Assembly: GCF_001194135.2 (NCBI RefSeq)
Contig: NC_068990.1
Span: 12,031,297-12,095,296 of the forward strand
Length of the DNA stretch: 64,000 bases
Direction: 5' to 3'
Origin: Octopus bimaculoides
Lineage: Eukaryota
Under the pieces are notes generated by a model. That model was given only the letters and a program-made list of their open reading frames with translations. It ran no database searches and had not been told where the DNA came from. Position numbers and translations under genes: made by a program. Shown one piece after another: positions 63,801 to 64,000 of the stretch (its first letter is position 1; every line of letters starts with the position of its first letter).

Positions 63801-64000
63801 TTGAAGCTTTTGAGGAAAACATTTATTTACACACAAACATACCAATGATCACAATTGTTACTTGCTTTAGACTATATTACTTGTTACCAGTAGTAAATGA
63901 TGTATATATCTTGGCTAAGAATTAGATAGTCATATCTTTATGCGAAGTGGGAAGTGAGAATGAAGAATGTCCTCTGTCAGTGCTTGGAAAAATGCATTGT

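Overview
This is AT-rich eukaryotic genomic DNA from a draft assembly, with about 20 N-gaps (roughly 7 kb), most flanked by (TA)n or other simple repeats. The repeat content (several tRNA-head SINE families, RTE, Tx1/L1-like and R4/Dong-like LINE fragments, dense microsatellites) looks like an Octopus genome; that is inference from family recognition, not a database result. I recognise no intact host gene, tRNA or rRNA gene, CRISPR array or prokaryotic system. Nearly all ORFs in the track are microsatellite or N-run artefacts. The window is best read as a large intron or intergenic region. It holds more than 40 SINE or LINE-tail fragments, at least 6 decayed LINE coding fragments, and a varied set of non-autonomous DNA transposons (mariner, Tc1-like palindrome, hAT, piggyBac-like, MULE/foldback-like), several nested with visible TSDs. 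A few unique stretches have paired splice signals and may be exons of an unrecognised transcript, mostly on the minus strand. The most interesting signals are co-occupation of (TAA)n tracts by Dong-like LINEs and one SINE family, modular head/tail swapping among SINEs, a 200-bp loopless palindrome, and a ~4-kb TCAAAC motif field. Repeat boundaries were read by eye and are approximate unless TIR/TSD positions are given. SINE family labels A-E are my own.
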